DNA of 64,000 bases, taken from an uncultured bacterium (GTDB taxonomy: Bacteria > Patescibacteriota > Microgenomatia > UBA1400 > MFAQ01). Below are positions 48,546-58,175 of this stretch, piece after piece; position 1 is the first letter of the stretch, and each line of letters starts with the position of its first letter. The stretch lies in contig CAXBYW010000002.1 in NCBI GenBank assembly GCA_963980225.1, positions 103,582 to 167,581 on the forward strand, in the 5' to 3' direction. The notes under the pieces were generated by a model that was not told the DNA's origin, ran no database searches, and worked only from the letters and a program-made list of their open reading frames with translations. The position numbers were made by a program, and so were the translations under genes.

Positions 48546-48833
48546 ATACGTGGACATTCTTATTGGCCCCGAAATAAAGCAAAACAAAGAAGAAACCCAG
48601 GAAACGCCACCAAATGAGGAGCCGGTAGCCCCTGTAGTGCCTTCTAACGACGCTTTGCCACCTCAACCAGTGAATGCATCACCAGTAGCAAATAAGAACA
48701 AAATTCGAGAGCTAATCGGGAAAATTCCAGGTTTGGGGAAAATGCTCAATGCCTGACTTTATTGTTTGATTTATTCTTTCAAGCAAATATAATGAAGTCA
48801 TGAAAGTAGGAAATGTAAGATTTCTGGTATAGC

Positions 48834-50417
48834 ATGGATAAAATAACTCTCTCCCTACAGACAATCTCCTTACTTATCAATTCAGGAGAGTCAAAAAAAG
48901 CTCTTGAGAGATTGGCTGAATTCGAAAGGGAAAACTCTGACGACAAAAGGCTGATATTTTATAAGCCTGGTTTTTTAGTTGATATAGGGAATGATCTCAG
49001 GGACGTAAAAATCATTAGTGAAGGGATTGATATTGGTGAGCTAACGCTAACAAAAACAAAGAATAACAAGACACAGGCTTATCTCCACTACTGTTTGGCA
49101 AATGGGTACACATGTATGTATCAGCTTACGGAAAGAATGGGTGGTGCTGTAGACAGGACTATACCTCAAAGTGAGAATCTCCTCAAAGCAAAACAGCACC
49201 TATTTCAAGCTAGAGATATTAAAATTGATGACCCAAACCTAGAAGTACAATTGTTTGTTAACTTGGGTAACTGCTTAGATACATTCGGCAGAGGCATTGA
49301 AGCAATTAGTGTTTACGATAAAGCATTGCGAATAAATAAAAGCTTTTCCATGGCTATTGCCAATAAAGCCAAGGCTCTGAGAGCATTTGCAGAAATTTCC
49401 GATAAATACAGAGCATCAATATATGTTGAAGCATATCAAGATATAAAATCGGTTATTGATAAACCAGATCTTGTTGCAGTTGGTGGTTTAGGAGCGAAGC
49501 AGGATTTTGAGCGTGAACTTTCTTACATAGAATCCCGTTTCCAAGACAAAACGCTTCTACAGAAAAAGCTTAAACATCCCCCGTACAAAACCGCAAACCT
49601 CTCTGATTTTGAAAAGTTCTATTTAAAATTTTGCAATAAAGAGAAATTGTTCTTAAACTTCCACCTCCATCAGGATCATTGTGAGGCAGCAATCGAGGAT
49701 CCAGTATTTATCAGACTAATAACTAAAGTCGATGATAATGATACTTTTTACAATCTAGCCAAGCACCTCAATCAAATTAAAGAAGACTATGCCGTCGCCA
49801 GGTTGAATCTGGTCCAATCCCAATACAAGCAGAAAGCCTTCAATAACATTAGCAAGAGAACCAGTTATGTATATGCTTTGGACTACTCCCAATTTAATCT
49901 CTATGTTGGTTTATTGAAGTCAGCGTTTAGAGACGCATTCAACATATTAGATAAAATCGCCATATTTATTAATGACTACTATAAACTTGGATTCAATGAA
50001 AATGATATATATTTCGATTCATTAAGGCGAACCGGAGGAACAGCTTCAATCTGGGAAGATAAAGGAGTTATTAGAAAAGAAATTCTCAACTCAGAAAACC
50101 TAAGCCTATATGCCCTTTATGACATTTATCGTGATTTTAAGCAAAATCGATACAGAAGAATTCAGGATATTAGGAATGCTCTTACACACAGGAGGTTAAT
50201 CGTTTTTGACTCGCTAATTACGAGTGTTGCCGATAAAACCGATAAACACAACATTGACTCTGATACTATTCTTCAAGAAACAGTGGATCTGATGCGCTTA
50301 ACCAAGGCAGCAATCATTTACCTGATTAACTTTGTGAACTCTGAGGAAGAAAAGAAGCACAAGAACAGTGATAAACCAATCCTGAATATGTATGCCGATA
50401 CCTCACAGTTCTTGTAA
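48834..50417 (+). CDS. HEPN-domain protein (Abi-like candidate RNase effector)
   Basis: C-terminal R-x4-H motif in DIRNALTHRRL; helical N-terminal region; 527 aa. Confidence 0.5.
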   Translation: MDKITLSLQTISLLINSGESKKALERLAEFERENSDDKRLIFYKPGFLVDIGNDLRDVKIISEGIDIGELTLTKTKNNKTQAYLHYCLANGYTCMYQLTERMGGAVDRTIPQSENLLKAKQHLFQARDIKIDDPNLEVQLFVNLGNCLDTFGRGIEAISVYDKALRINKSFSMAIANKAKALRAFAEISDKYRASIYVEAYQDIKSVIDKPDLVAVGGLGAKQDFERELSYIESRFQDKTLLQKKLKHPPYKTANLSDFEKFYLKFCNKEKLFLNFHLHQDHCEAAIEDPVFIRLITKVDDNDTFYNLAKHLNQIKEDYAVARLNLVQSQYKQKAFNNISKRTSYVYALDYSQFNLYVGLLKSAFRDAFNILDKIAIFINDYYKLGFNENDIYFDSLRRTGGTASIWEDKGVIRKEILNSENLSLYALYDIYRDFKQNRYRRIQDIRNALTHRRLIVFDSLITSVADKTDKHNIDSDTILQETVDLMRLTKAAIIYLINFVNSEEEKKHKNSDKPILNMYADTSQFL

Positions 50418-50455
50418 GACTTTTTCACAGAATTTTTGTATAATTTAGATAACCT

Positions 50456-52549
50456 ATGGAACCAAAGGCCGATCATATGGAGAGAGAAACACCAACAACC
50501 CTACATGCATTGCGTAAAGATAATCAAACTGAAATTCTCGGTCATTTTTCTCCTGACCAACAACAAGATATCCGCCATAGACAACAAATCCTCTCTTCAC
50601 TTGCCTACTTTATCGGTAAAGATTTTCAGATACCTGTTGAATTGAATCAACCCGGTGCAGGCTGGCATTGGGATTTTGGTCAAAACAAAATTCGCATTGA
50701 CCCAAAAGACTTACTGGAGAAAGAAATGGACTATCTCCGCTTTGTTATTTCCCACGAAGGCGGTCATAGGCGAGTTTCTCGAACTGAAGATATTCCCACA
50801 GAAACATGGCGACAACCAGGATTCTCTTTCATGATGAATGCAATTGAGGATCCTAGAACTAATAACTTTGTGGCGGAAGCCTACCCTCGCTTCCGTGATC
50901 AAATGGATATTGCTTACCAAGAAGACTTGGATTTTGAAGATAAAGCTAAAGACAAAGCTCATGAACAGCTAGGCTATACTCCCAGATTTATGCAGGCCGG
51001 GTTTGAATATATTCGCCAGTGGTACGGAGAAACCCAAGGCGAAGAACTAGGTACTTTGAAAGAAGATCTTCCCGAAGAAGTAAGAATCGTGGTTGATCAA
51101 ACTTTAGAAAGTGCTAGAGACTCTTGGTTACGTTATCCCTCAAAACGGGAAGCTGATGAGAGCGAGGAGTTAATCAGAAGATATGCCAACGTCAGCTATG
51201 AAATAAACCGTGACGAAGTCTGGCCGGAATTTCAGAAACTGGTTGAGCAGGATATGCAGGATCAAGAAATGCAAGAGTTTATGAAAGATATGCAGGGTGA
51301 TGGCGATGGTGAAGGACAGCAGGGACTTCCTCAGGAACTTACCGATTCGCTTACGGAAGAAGAACAAAGAGAACTGGAGGAGGCCATAGAGAACGCTCAG
51401 CAGGGAAACCAAGCAGGTCAGGAAGGCGATGGTCAACCAAGAGCTATAGACCTCGATTCTCTTTCCGAAGGGCTGAAACAAAAAATCAAGGACTATATTG
51501 ACTCCTTACCTGAAGATGTCAAACGGGAGCTGGTAGAAAAAGCACAACAGGCTCTACAGGACTTTGAGCGAGAGATAAATGAAGAATTTGAAGGAAAATT
51601 GTCCGATAGCCCTGAGAAGCAAACCCAGCGAGGTGAGATGGAAGGAAAAAAAAGCAAAACCCAACCTGAATCTGGAGATGAAACTCAAGGAGAACAACAA
51701 CCCGAACAGACAGCAGACCAAAAAAGATTTAAAGATCTTATTGAAAAAACTTTGCTTGGTGACGAAAATATTTACGAAGAATACCGACGTGATGTCCTTC
51801 CTCAGATAGACGCTCTTGAAGCTGACTTACGAGAAATATTTGTAGCCAGACGAGCACAAAAATGGCAGACTGGTTATAAGTCAGGAAAGCGCATTGACAT
51901 TAAAAGAAGAATGCAAGAAAAAGCTTTGGGTATCTCTGCTGTAGAAAGTCGAGCTTGGCAAAAACGAGAAATACCCCAGGAGAAAGATTATGCAATCGGT
52001 CTTTTGGTTGATTTGTCAGGCTCTATGAGGGGTTCAAAAATACGAGAAACATTTAAAGCAACCATTGTATTGGCCGAAGTACTCAACAGGCTCTCAATAA
52101 ATACTGAAATTTTAGGTTTTAACGACAGGTTATATGAATATCAGCCATTTGGGTACGATATGGGTCGGGAGGTACGAGAACATATGGGTGGAATGTTACA
52201 AGAAGTAGACACAGAAGCTGCTTCTTATAACGATGATGGCTGGGCAGTTCAACAAGCCTCGAAAAGGCTTGCGCGCCAAAAAGCAGCTGAAAAATTCCTG
52301 TTTGTCCTTTCTGACGGCTTACCTGAAGAATCAAGAGCGCACTCCGGTTCTCAATATGAACTTGGCAAAATGGTTAGTCAAATAATGGAAGAGACTGATC
52401 AAAAACTAATAGGGCTAGGAATTGGTCCTGGGACAGATCACGTTGAACGCTATTATCCTAACAGCGTAGCAAACATTGGAGTGCGTGAAATGTCAGAAAA
52501 ATTAGCTGACATTATCAGGGAAGTAATCGCCAATTATGACACTTTCTAG
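50456..52549 (+). CDS. HExxH metallopeptidase-like N-terminal domain plus C-terminal von Willebrand A domain
   Basis: VISHEGGHRRV (HExxH); acidic Q/E-rich linker; MIDAS DLSGSMRG; 697 aa. Confidence 0.7.
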   Translation: MEPKADHMERETPTTLHALRKDNQTEILGHFSPDQQQDIRHRQQILSSLAYFIGKDFQIPVELNQPGAGWHWDFGQNKIRIDPKDLLEKEMDYLRFVISHEGGHRRVSRTEDIPTETWRQPGFSFMMNAIEDPRTNNFVAEAYPRFRDQMDIAYQEDLDFEDKAKDKAHEQLGYTPRFMQAGFEYIRQWYGETQGEELGTLKEDLPEEVRIVVDQTLESARDSWLRYPSKREADESEELIRRYANVSYEINRDEVWPEFQKLVEQDMQDQEMQEFMKDMQGDGDGEGQQGLPQELTDSLTEEEQRELEEAIENAQQGNQAGQEGDGQPRAIDLDSLSEGLKQKIKDYIDSLPEDVKRELVEKAQQALQDFEREINEEFEGKLSDSPEKQTQRGEMEGKKSKTQPESGDETQGEQQPEQTADQKRFKDLIEKTLLGDENIYEEYRRDVLPQIDALEADLREIFVARRAQKWQTGYKSGKRIDIKRRMQEKALGISAVESRAWQKREIPQEKDYAIGLLVDLSGSMRGSKIRETFKATIVLAEVLNRLSINTEILGFNDRLYEYQPFGYDMGREVREHMGGMLQEVDTEAASYNDDGWAVQQASKRLARQKAAEKFLFVLSDGLPEESRAHSGSQYELGKMVSQIMEETDQKLIGLGIGPGTDHVERYYPNSVANIGVREMSEKLADIIREVIANYDTF

Positions 52550-52566
52550 TATACTATGCATAACTT

Positions 52567-52977
52567 ATGAAAAATACACTTGATGATTTCTTAAAATACG
52601 TAATTTCTCAAAAAGAAGTCTCTTTAATTCTTGCGAAAGATGATGAGGAACTCAAAAAGCTAACAGAAAAACTAGAAAAAGCTGGTTTTAGACAGGCGGT
52701 CGATACGTCTGATTTGTTTAAACAAATCACTAAAGCTTCGAAAACGTTTGTTGCAGTTAAGGATAGTTTATCCAAAGACCTATACGATTTTGCCGTTCAA
52801 TACCCCACTGGCCAGGTAGAAATCTATGACAAATTCAATTTAAAATCTCAGACAGTAATACCAACCTATAAAGACGTTTCTGTTGTTTACGCATTAACTA
52901 AAGCTACCCTTAAAAAGACTCAAGAATCTGGATTTAGGATCCTTGAGTTAATGGGTATAACTTACCAAAGTAAATAA
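52567..52977 (+). CDS. hypothetical protein between the vWA and AAA+ genes
   Basis: 136-aa ORF. Confidence 0.45.
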   Translation: MKNTLDDFLKYVISQKEVSLILAKDDEELKKLTEKLEKAGFRQAVDTSDLFKQITKASKTFVAVKDSLSKDLYDFAVQYPTGQVEIYDKFNLKSQTVIPTYKDVSVVYALTKATLKKTQESGFRILELMGITYQSK

Positions 52978-52982
52978 AACAT

Positions 52983-54926
52983 ATGCCAGACGAAACCATG
53001 GAAAGACATGAATTCACACCCACACCTGAACATCCTGTTGAGGAAACACAAGACACAATTGCATATTTAGGTGTTCGTTTACCAAAAGCCCAGAATGCTG
53101 AGGGTCATTTTGTTCCTCGCCGGGAACAGTATGCCGATTATATTAACGACAGATTCTCGCTAGGTTTACAAAAAGACATAGCGGTCAGTTTTCTACAAGG
53201 AGATCCTATATTAGTTGAAGGAGGAACCAGTATTGGTAAAACCACTACAGTGAGAAAAATGGCAGCAGATCTTGGTTGGGAAGTCCATTATGCAAACTTG
53301 AATGGCGCTACTGATGTTGAAGACTTAATGGGAAGGTATATTCCCAATCCAGACAAACGAGGTTCTGATGATACTGAGTATGTTTTTGCTGACGGAAAGG
53401 TTACTTCAGGCTTAAGACAGGAAGACGGTAAAGTTAAAGTGATTATTCTGGATGAATTCAACTCAGCCGCTCCAAACATTGTTATCCGCCTTCATGAGGT
53501 TTTAGATGCAATTGACCGCGGTGAATCGGTTGTACTTTCAGAAGACGCTTCAGAATCCATCCCCGTCAGCAAAAAGACAACTAAAGTAGTGGCTCTCATG
53601 AATCCCCCAGGAAAGGGATATTTTGGTCGAGAACCACTTGATCCTGCTCAATTAAGGCGTTGGGTGTATCTTAAAGCTCCTTCAGACCTGCCTGAAGACA
53701 CATTTTCTTATTCAACAGATGCCTTGTTTGCCCTTGCTTCTCAAGATGAAGAAGTTCCTCCTGAAGCATTTTTAGTGTCACAAGACTATGCTCTCCTACC
53801 CGAACAGTTGCAAGAAATCCCAGGAATTGATTCCATCCTTGGAAAATATAAGGAATTTCATAAGGCTGCTAAAGAATTAGTTAAGGGAAGAAGAATAGCT
53901 GCCGATCAACCCCAACCTTTTACTTATGACGACAGAATGGAACCACGAAGGGTTAGAGATTTCATCCTAAGATTTTATAACGGCGATATCAATGAAACAT
54001 TCCAGGGTGCTCTGCGTTATTACTATTCAAACAAACTTGATTCCGATGTTGACAGACAAAAATTAGAAGAACTGATCCGACACGTCGAGTATATGGCGCC
54101 TCAAAATGTTTCCTCAAGGAGAGGTCTTGACCGAACTTCCACAGAGGCTCCAGAAAGACAAAGAGAAACGGTAGAGATATCTCATGAGCAAGACGCTTGG
54201 AGTGATGTGTTGGGTACGAACATAGAAGTTCCACCACTTCCTTCGGAAGTAACCCCAGAGGTACAAAGAAACCTAGAACGCCTTGGTTTTGAACTAAGAT
54301 TTATTCCCAAGCTTGACATCGGAACCTTGGATGAACTCCAGCGAAATGGCCAAGAAGAATTTTTGAACGATATACAACGTCGTTATCCCAATTGGCGAAG
54401 GTATGAAACTCTCTCCGGAGAGGAACGGGAAGATCACAGTGTGGGAAGAAACTTAGAAGAATGGTTTTGGGGATTGGCTAAAGATGGCAGAATGGAGTTT
54501 CCTCAATTGCCTGGTACTTGGGTAGCAGTGGAAACCATGCCTAAACCGTCTTACGGTGATTCCTATGAAAAAACTCTCGCAGGTGAAGCCTTGGGTTTAG
54601 AAGACCGTTTCAATGTTTCTTGGGATGATGCTCATCAAGCAATCGAAACTCATAAACGTGAGCTCTTAGATGACATGGGATTAGCCACTTCTGTGGATGT
54701 GCGGATGTTAGAAGCTGTTGAGTGGAATTTGCTGGCTAATCGTGAAGGCTGGGGTACAACTGACACTTATGAATGGACAAATACTGAAGCACGTGCTGGC
54801 GGCGATCCTCGCCGTGTCGTTGTTGGTGCCTCCGACGATGGTGGGGCCGCTAGCGCCCCTTGGGGTCACCCGACGTTCTCGGGTGGCCGCGTTGGTTTCC
54901 GTGTCGCTGTAGTTCTTGGTACTTGA
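52983..54926 (+). CDS. MoxR-like AAA+ ATPase with C-terminal C-type-lectin/FGE-sulfatase-like domain carrying the DGR variable region
   Basis: Walker A GGTSIGKTT, Walker B VIILDEFN, sensor ALMNPP, DPAQLRRW; C-terminus RRVVVGASDDGG..W.HPT.S...VGFRVAVVL resembles the FGE/CLec terminal motif. Confidence 0.8.
   Translation: MPDETMERHEFTPTPEHPVEETQDTIAYLGVRLPKAQNAEGHFVPRREQYADYINDRFSLGLQKDIAVSFLQGDPILVEGGTSIGKTTTVRKMAADLGWEVHYANLNGATDVEDLMGRYIPNPDKRGSDDTEYVFADGKVTSGLRQEDGKVKVIILDEFNSAAPNIVIRLHEVLDAIDRGESVVLSEDASESIPVSKKTTKVVALMNPPGKGYFGREPLDPAQLRRWVYLKAPSDLPEDTFSYSTDALFALASQDEEVPPEAFLVSQDYALLPEQLQEIPGIDSILGKYKEFHKAAKELVKGRRIAADQPQPFTYDDRMEPRRVRDFILRFYNGDINETFQGALRYYYSNKLDSDVDRQKLEELIRHVEYMAPQNVSSRRGLDRTSTEAPERQRETVEISHEQDAWSDVLGTNIEVPPLPSEVTPEVQRNLERLGFELRFIPKLDIGTLDELQRNGQEEFLNDIQRRYPNWRRYETLSGEEREDHSVGRNLEEWFWGLAKDGRMEFPQLPGTWVAVETMPKPSYGDSYEKTLAGEALGLEDRFNVSWDDAHQAIETHKRELLDDMGLATSVDVRMLEAVEWNLLANREGWGTTDTYEWTNTEARAGGDPRRVVVGASDDGGAASAPWGHPTFSGGRVGFRVAVVLGT
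54791..54918 (+). repeat. DGR variable repeat (VR), last ~42 codons of the AAA+ gene
   Basis: ~125 nt near-identical to 55386-55512; 22 internal mismatches, all at positions that are A in the downstream copy. Confidence 0.85.
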
Positions 54927-54972
54927 TCTCTTGAATTCTTGGTTCTTTTGGTTTCTTGTTACTTGGTCCCTT

Positions 54973-54998
54973 GACCCGCGAAGCGGGTCATTTTTTTT
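54973..54998 (+). terminator. GC-rich hairpin plus T8 just after the VR (terminator; also the usual position of a DGR VR-flanking hairpin)
   Basis: gacccgc gaa gcgggtc then tttttttt. Confidence 0.7.
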
Positions 54999-55385
54999 CA
55001 AAAAAATTTATACCCTATCTTTTGATGTTTATAAATAGCATTTACCCTTGATTTTTACTCCCCACCTTATTTATACTTCAACTTAGATTTTGTTAATGAA
55101 AATACAAGCACGCTTGCATTTCACAAAATTGCTCTTCTTTAGAGCTAGGCCGGAATTCTTGCGGTTACGGCTGCAAGGAGAGTGCTGATAAAGGAGAGAT
55201 AAAACTACTTGCTTACTTTTGAAGATCTCAGGGAAGCCTGAGTCAATTAAAATACAGGAGAGAGTTTTTAAGAAATTAAAAACAATCTTGGGTAGTATCG
55301 AAAGAGTGAAAAGAACATTAAGAATCCAGTGGTAATAATGAGTCAGAGTTATTCTCTAACTCAGGAAAGAAAGTAGGCAACGCGA

Positions 55386-55512
55386 AACGTGATGACGGCG
55401 ATCCTAACCGTGTCATTGTTGGTAACTCCGACAATGGTGGAGCCGCTAACGCCAATTGGAATCACCCGACGAACTCGAATGACAACGTTGGTTTCCGTGT
55501 CGCTGTAGTCTT
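55386..55512 (+). repeat. DGR template repeat (TR)
   Basis: Asn-codon (AAC/AAT)-rich copy of the VR; adenines correspond to all variable VR positions. Confidence 0.85.
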
Positions 55513-55555
55513 ATCTCAGAACGCTCAAAAAAATCTGCCCAGAGAGTCAGGTAAC

Positions 55556-55942
55556 TCAAGAACGATAGGTAGATGCTTTAATCCAGCCACCAAGCATCTT
55601 GCCTATCTCTTGAAGTTGAGACTCAAGAAGGAGGTATTTCTTGTTATCAAGAATCTTTAAATCTTTACAACACCTTATGAGAACTTTTAATACATCAAGC
55701 TTTATGCTCGCCCCTTGTAAAGTGGGAACTTTTTCTGATTTTGATAATTGGCTGGCAGTAATAATATCTTCAATCAATCCCAAAATACCATTTTCAATTT
55801 TTTGTCCAATGGTATATCGATCTTTTTTAGGAAAATGAGATACAAGTTGATAGAAAAACTTATAAAGCTCGTATGTTTTCTGAAAGATCGGAATGTCTAA
55901 ATTAAGCCTGCCTGATTCAAAATCAGTATGAGAATTTGCCAT
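55556..55942 (-). CDS. avd: four-helix-bundle protein (23S rRNA IVS protein family), Avd-like DGR accessory candidate
   Basis: 128 aa, FQKTYELYKFFYQLVSHFPKKDRYTIGQKI typical of this family; sits between TR and RT. Confidence 0.65.
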   Translation of the reverse strand: MANSHTDFESGRLNLDIPIFQKTYELYKFFYQLVSHFPKKDRYTIGQKIENGILGLIEDIITASQLSKSEKVPTLQGASIKLDVLKVLIRCCKDLKILDNKKYLLLESQLQEIGKMLGGWIKASTYRS

Positions 55943-56506
55943 AATAATTATAATGAAATTATAACACTTGAAAATCTATTTCTGGCATGGGAAGGGTTTG
56001 CTAAAGGCAAGAGATCGAAAGCTGATGTAATAAATTTTGAACGAAACTTAGAAGATAATATTTTCAGCCTACACAAAGAGCTTAAGGATAAAGTATATCA
56101 ACACGGAAACTATCAGGAGTTTTATGTTCGAGATCCCAAAATACGCCATATCCACAAAGCTTGCGTCAAAGATAGGGTTGTTCATCATTTAACTAGTAAA
56201 ATACTGGAACAGGTTTTTGATCCAACTTTTTATCCCCACTCCTACTCTTGTCGCAAAGGAAAAGGTACACACAAAGCTGTCCAGGCATTTACAAAGATGG
56301 CTCAGGGCGAGCTGGATGAAGCTAATAAAGCCAAGGGGCGTGCGCTTATTGAAACCCAGGAGTATAAGGGTAAATTTAAAAACTGCCAGAAAGACAAGGG
56401 TAAATTTGATCCAACACCACAGATTATTCTCTCTTTGGCTATTCAGTACATTGGAAACATTATTAGAAGAAAAGGAGGTGATCAATATGAACAACATTTA
56501 CCCTGA
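55928..56506 (+). pseudogene. reverse transcriptase, N-terminal fingers/palm region only (domains 1-2); truncated
   Basis: LENLFLAWEGFAKGKRSK..F.....L...L....Y.......YVRDPKIRHIHKACVKDRVVHHL...FDPTFYPHSYSCRKGKGTHKAV matches RT motifs 1-2; no motif 3-7 or YxDD in any downstream frame. Confidence 0.65.
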
Positions 56507-56750
56507 ATGGAAGAAGGTGTTGTGGAGATTCGGCCGCATTTTCCTGTCAGCATTTCTATTTACTGGCTCACTAGTGCTTATCAACACACAGCCAGAAGCA
56601 CTGACTAGCTGGGACAAATTTTTCAATATGCTGGTTTTACCCTTCCTCTTGTCCGGAGGAATAGCAGGTATCAATGCTGTCGGTAAGCTTTTGCGTGACA
56701 CGTTTGGATCGGAAGATAAAAATAGTCTAGTCGATAAATTACCATTCTAA
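56487..56750 (+). CDS. small two-TM membrane protein (holin-like size)
   Basis: strong RBS aaaggagg 8 nt upstream of ATG; MNNIYPEWKKVLWRFGRIFLSAFLFTGSLVL, 87 aa; within the 56217 track ORF. Confidence 0.45.
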   Translation: MNNIYPEWKKVLWRFGRIFLSAFLFTGSLVLINTQPEALTSWDKFFNMLVLPFLLSGGIAGINAVGKLLRDTFGSEDKNSLVDKLPF

Positions 56751-57007
56751 TGCCCATGAAAGATGATGAATCGGTAAACACCATAAAAATGTTTGAACGA
56801 GTAGCCAAACTTGAAGAAAGAGTTGATGGTGGCTTTGGGTTTATTGGCAAGGAACTAAAGGAGATCAAAGAAAACCACCTGCACCAATTACAAGCAGACG
56901 TGAGCGACCTGAAAATAAAAGTAAATACGATTACGGTAAAGGTTGGTGTGGTGGTTGCGGTTGCAACCATATTGATCGACTTAGCTTTTCGCTTTCTGTT
57001 TCGGTGA
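56750..57007 (+). CDS. hypothetical coiled-coil protein with C-terminal TM
   Basis: 85-aa ORF. Confidence 0.35.
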   Translation: MPMKDDESVNTIKMFERVAKLEERVDGGFGFIGKELKEIKENHLHQLQADVSDLKIKVNTITVKVGVVVAVATILIDLAFRFLFR

Positions 57008-57340
57008 AGATGTCTTTTTCTTGGCTTTTTTTTCAGTGATTTTTTTGTTGCCACTGAAAATTAGATTACTAAGGTCTTCAGTGAAGCCTTTAAAGGAATT
57101 TGCATTTAAAACATGGAAGTGACCAGCCTCGGGGCTTCCAGTAAAAATAAGAGTATCTCCAGAACTGATATTATGCGCTTTTCTCAATTTAGCTGGAATT
57201 ACTATCTGTCCTTTGGAACTTACTGGTGCGGTACCGAAAACAGTCATCTTAACTGATTGTTTCTTTTTTTTAGTCTTACTTTTCATATTCTTTTTAAAAC
57301 TATAATTTGAATTGGATCTCTTCGTGTGAGACAAAATCAT
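56981..57340 (-). CDS. AbrB/MazE/SpoVT-family DNA-binding protein with lysine-rich tail (antitoxin-like)
   Basis: GQIVIPAKLRKAHNISSGDTL swapped-hairpin motif; true start probably the internal Met (MTVFG). Confidence 0.5.
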   Translation of the reverse strand: MILSHTKRSNSNYSFKKNMKSKTKKKKQSVKMTVFGTAPVSSKGQIVIPAKLRKAHNISSGDTLIFTGSPEAGHFHVLNANSFKGFTEDLSNLIFSGNKKITEKKAKKKTSSPKQKAKS

Positions 57341-57682
57341 TCAGGGGCAGATCTAACAATTCCTACATTTAAGAAATCTCTTTAATTAAGGTCATAAGTA
57401 TTATACAATATATCTTGTAGAAGTTAGCATAAAAACGACAAAACTGACAGTAGTTAACAGTAACAACCTTGTGTAAACAGGCATTGAGGAAGTAAAATAT
57501 GAAGAATGCTAATTGTAAACAGTAAAAGATTTGATATCCAAATGTTCTTTAAGCAAGGCAAGCTGGAATTCCAAATTTGGCGTAACCAGAGGTTTTAGGT
57601 TCGAGCCAAGTACGGTGACCAGCTCTTTTAATTTGGGTCTTGACGGAGTAATAATAAGTCGTATATATTCAAGTAATCGAAT

Positions 57683-58165
57683 ATGTATCAACAAATCTTT
57701 GAACTCCATGCGGATTTACTTAAGGCTTTGTCCCACCCCAAACGACTGGAGGTAGTTAACCTACTTCGAGATAAAGGTTTAAATGTAGGAGAGATGCAGG
57801 AAATGTTAGGGTTACCCCAGGCAAACTTGAGTCAACACTTAATGGTTTTACGTGAAGCAGGAGTGGTAGAGACAGAAAAAAAGGGCAAGGAAGTGTTTTA
57901 TAAACTGACTAGTAAGAATTTTGTTAAGGCCAGTGATTTACTTAGAGAAGTACTGATTAAGATACACAAAGATGATGACTTGGCGGATGAGTTAACTATA
58001 AAAATGAAGGATCTGGTGCCGGTAGTGGCGGATCCGGTTTGCAAGATGCGGGTATCCCCTAAGACGGCGGCCAGAGGATTTAAGTATGAAGGACAGACCT
58101 ACTATTTCTGTGCAAGTGGATGTTTGGAGAGTTTTAAAAAGAAGCCTAAAAAATATATTAATTAA
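57683..58165 (+). CDS. ArsR/SmtB-family metalloregulator fused to C-terminal TRASH/YHS metal-binding domain
   Basis: HTH LKALSHPKRLEVVNLL...NLSQHL; C-terminal DPVCKMRV...YYFCASGC. Confidence 0.75.
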   Translation: MYQQIFELHADLLKALSHPKRLEVVNLLRDKGLNVGEMQEMLGLPQANLSQHLMVLREAGVVETEKKGKEVFYKLTSKNFVKASDLLREVLIKIHKDDDLADELTIKMKDLVPVVADPVCKMRVSPKTAARGFKYEGQTYYFCASGCLESFKKKPKKYIN

Positions 58166-58175
58166 ATAATAAAAA

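Noticed and set aside
50436-50962. ORFs 50436-50645(+) and 50711-50962(-)
   Set aside because: Embedded in or antisense to the strongly supported 50456-52549 HExxH-vWA gene.
55386-55512. Small ORF spanning the TR (DGDPNRVIVGNSDNGG...)
   Set aside because: It is open only because the TR copies the VR reading frame; DGR template repeats are normally non-coding.
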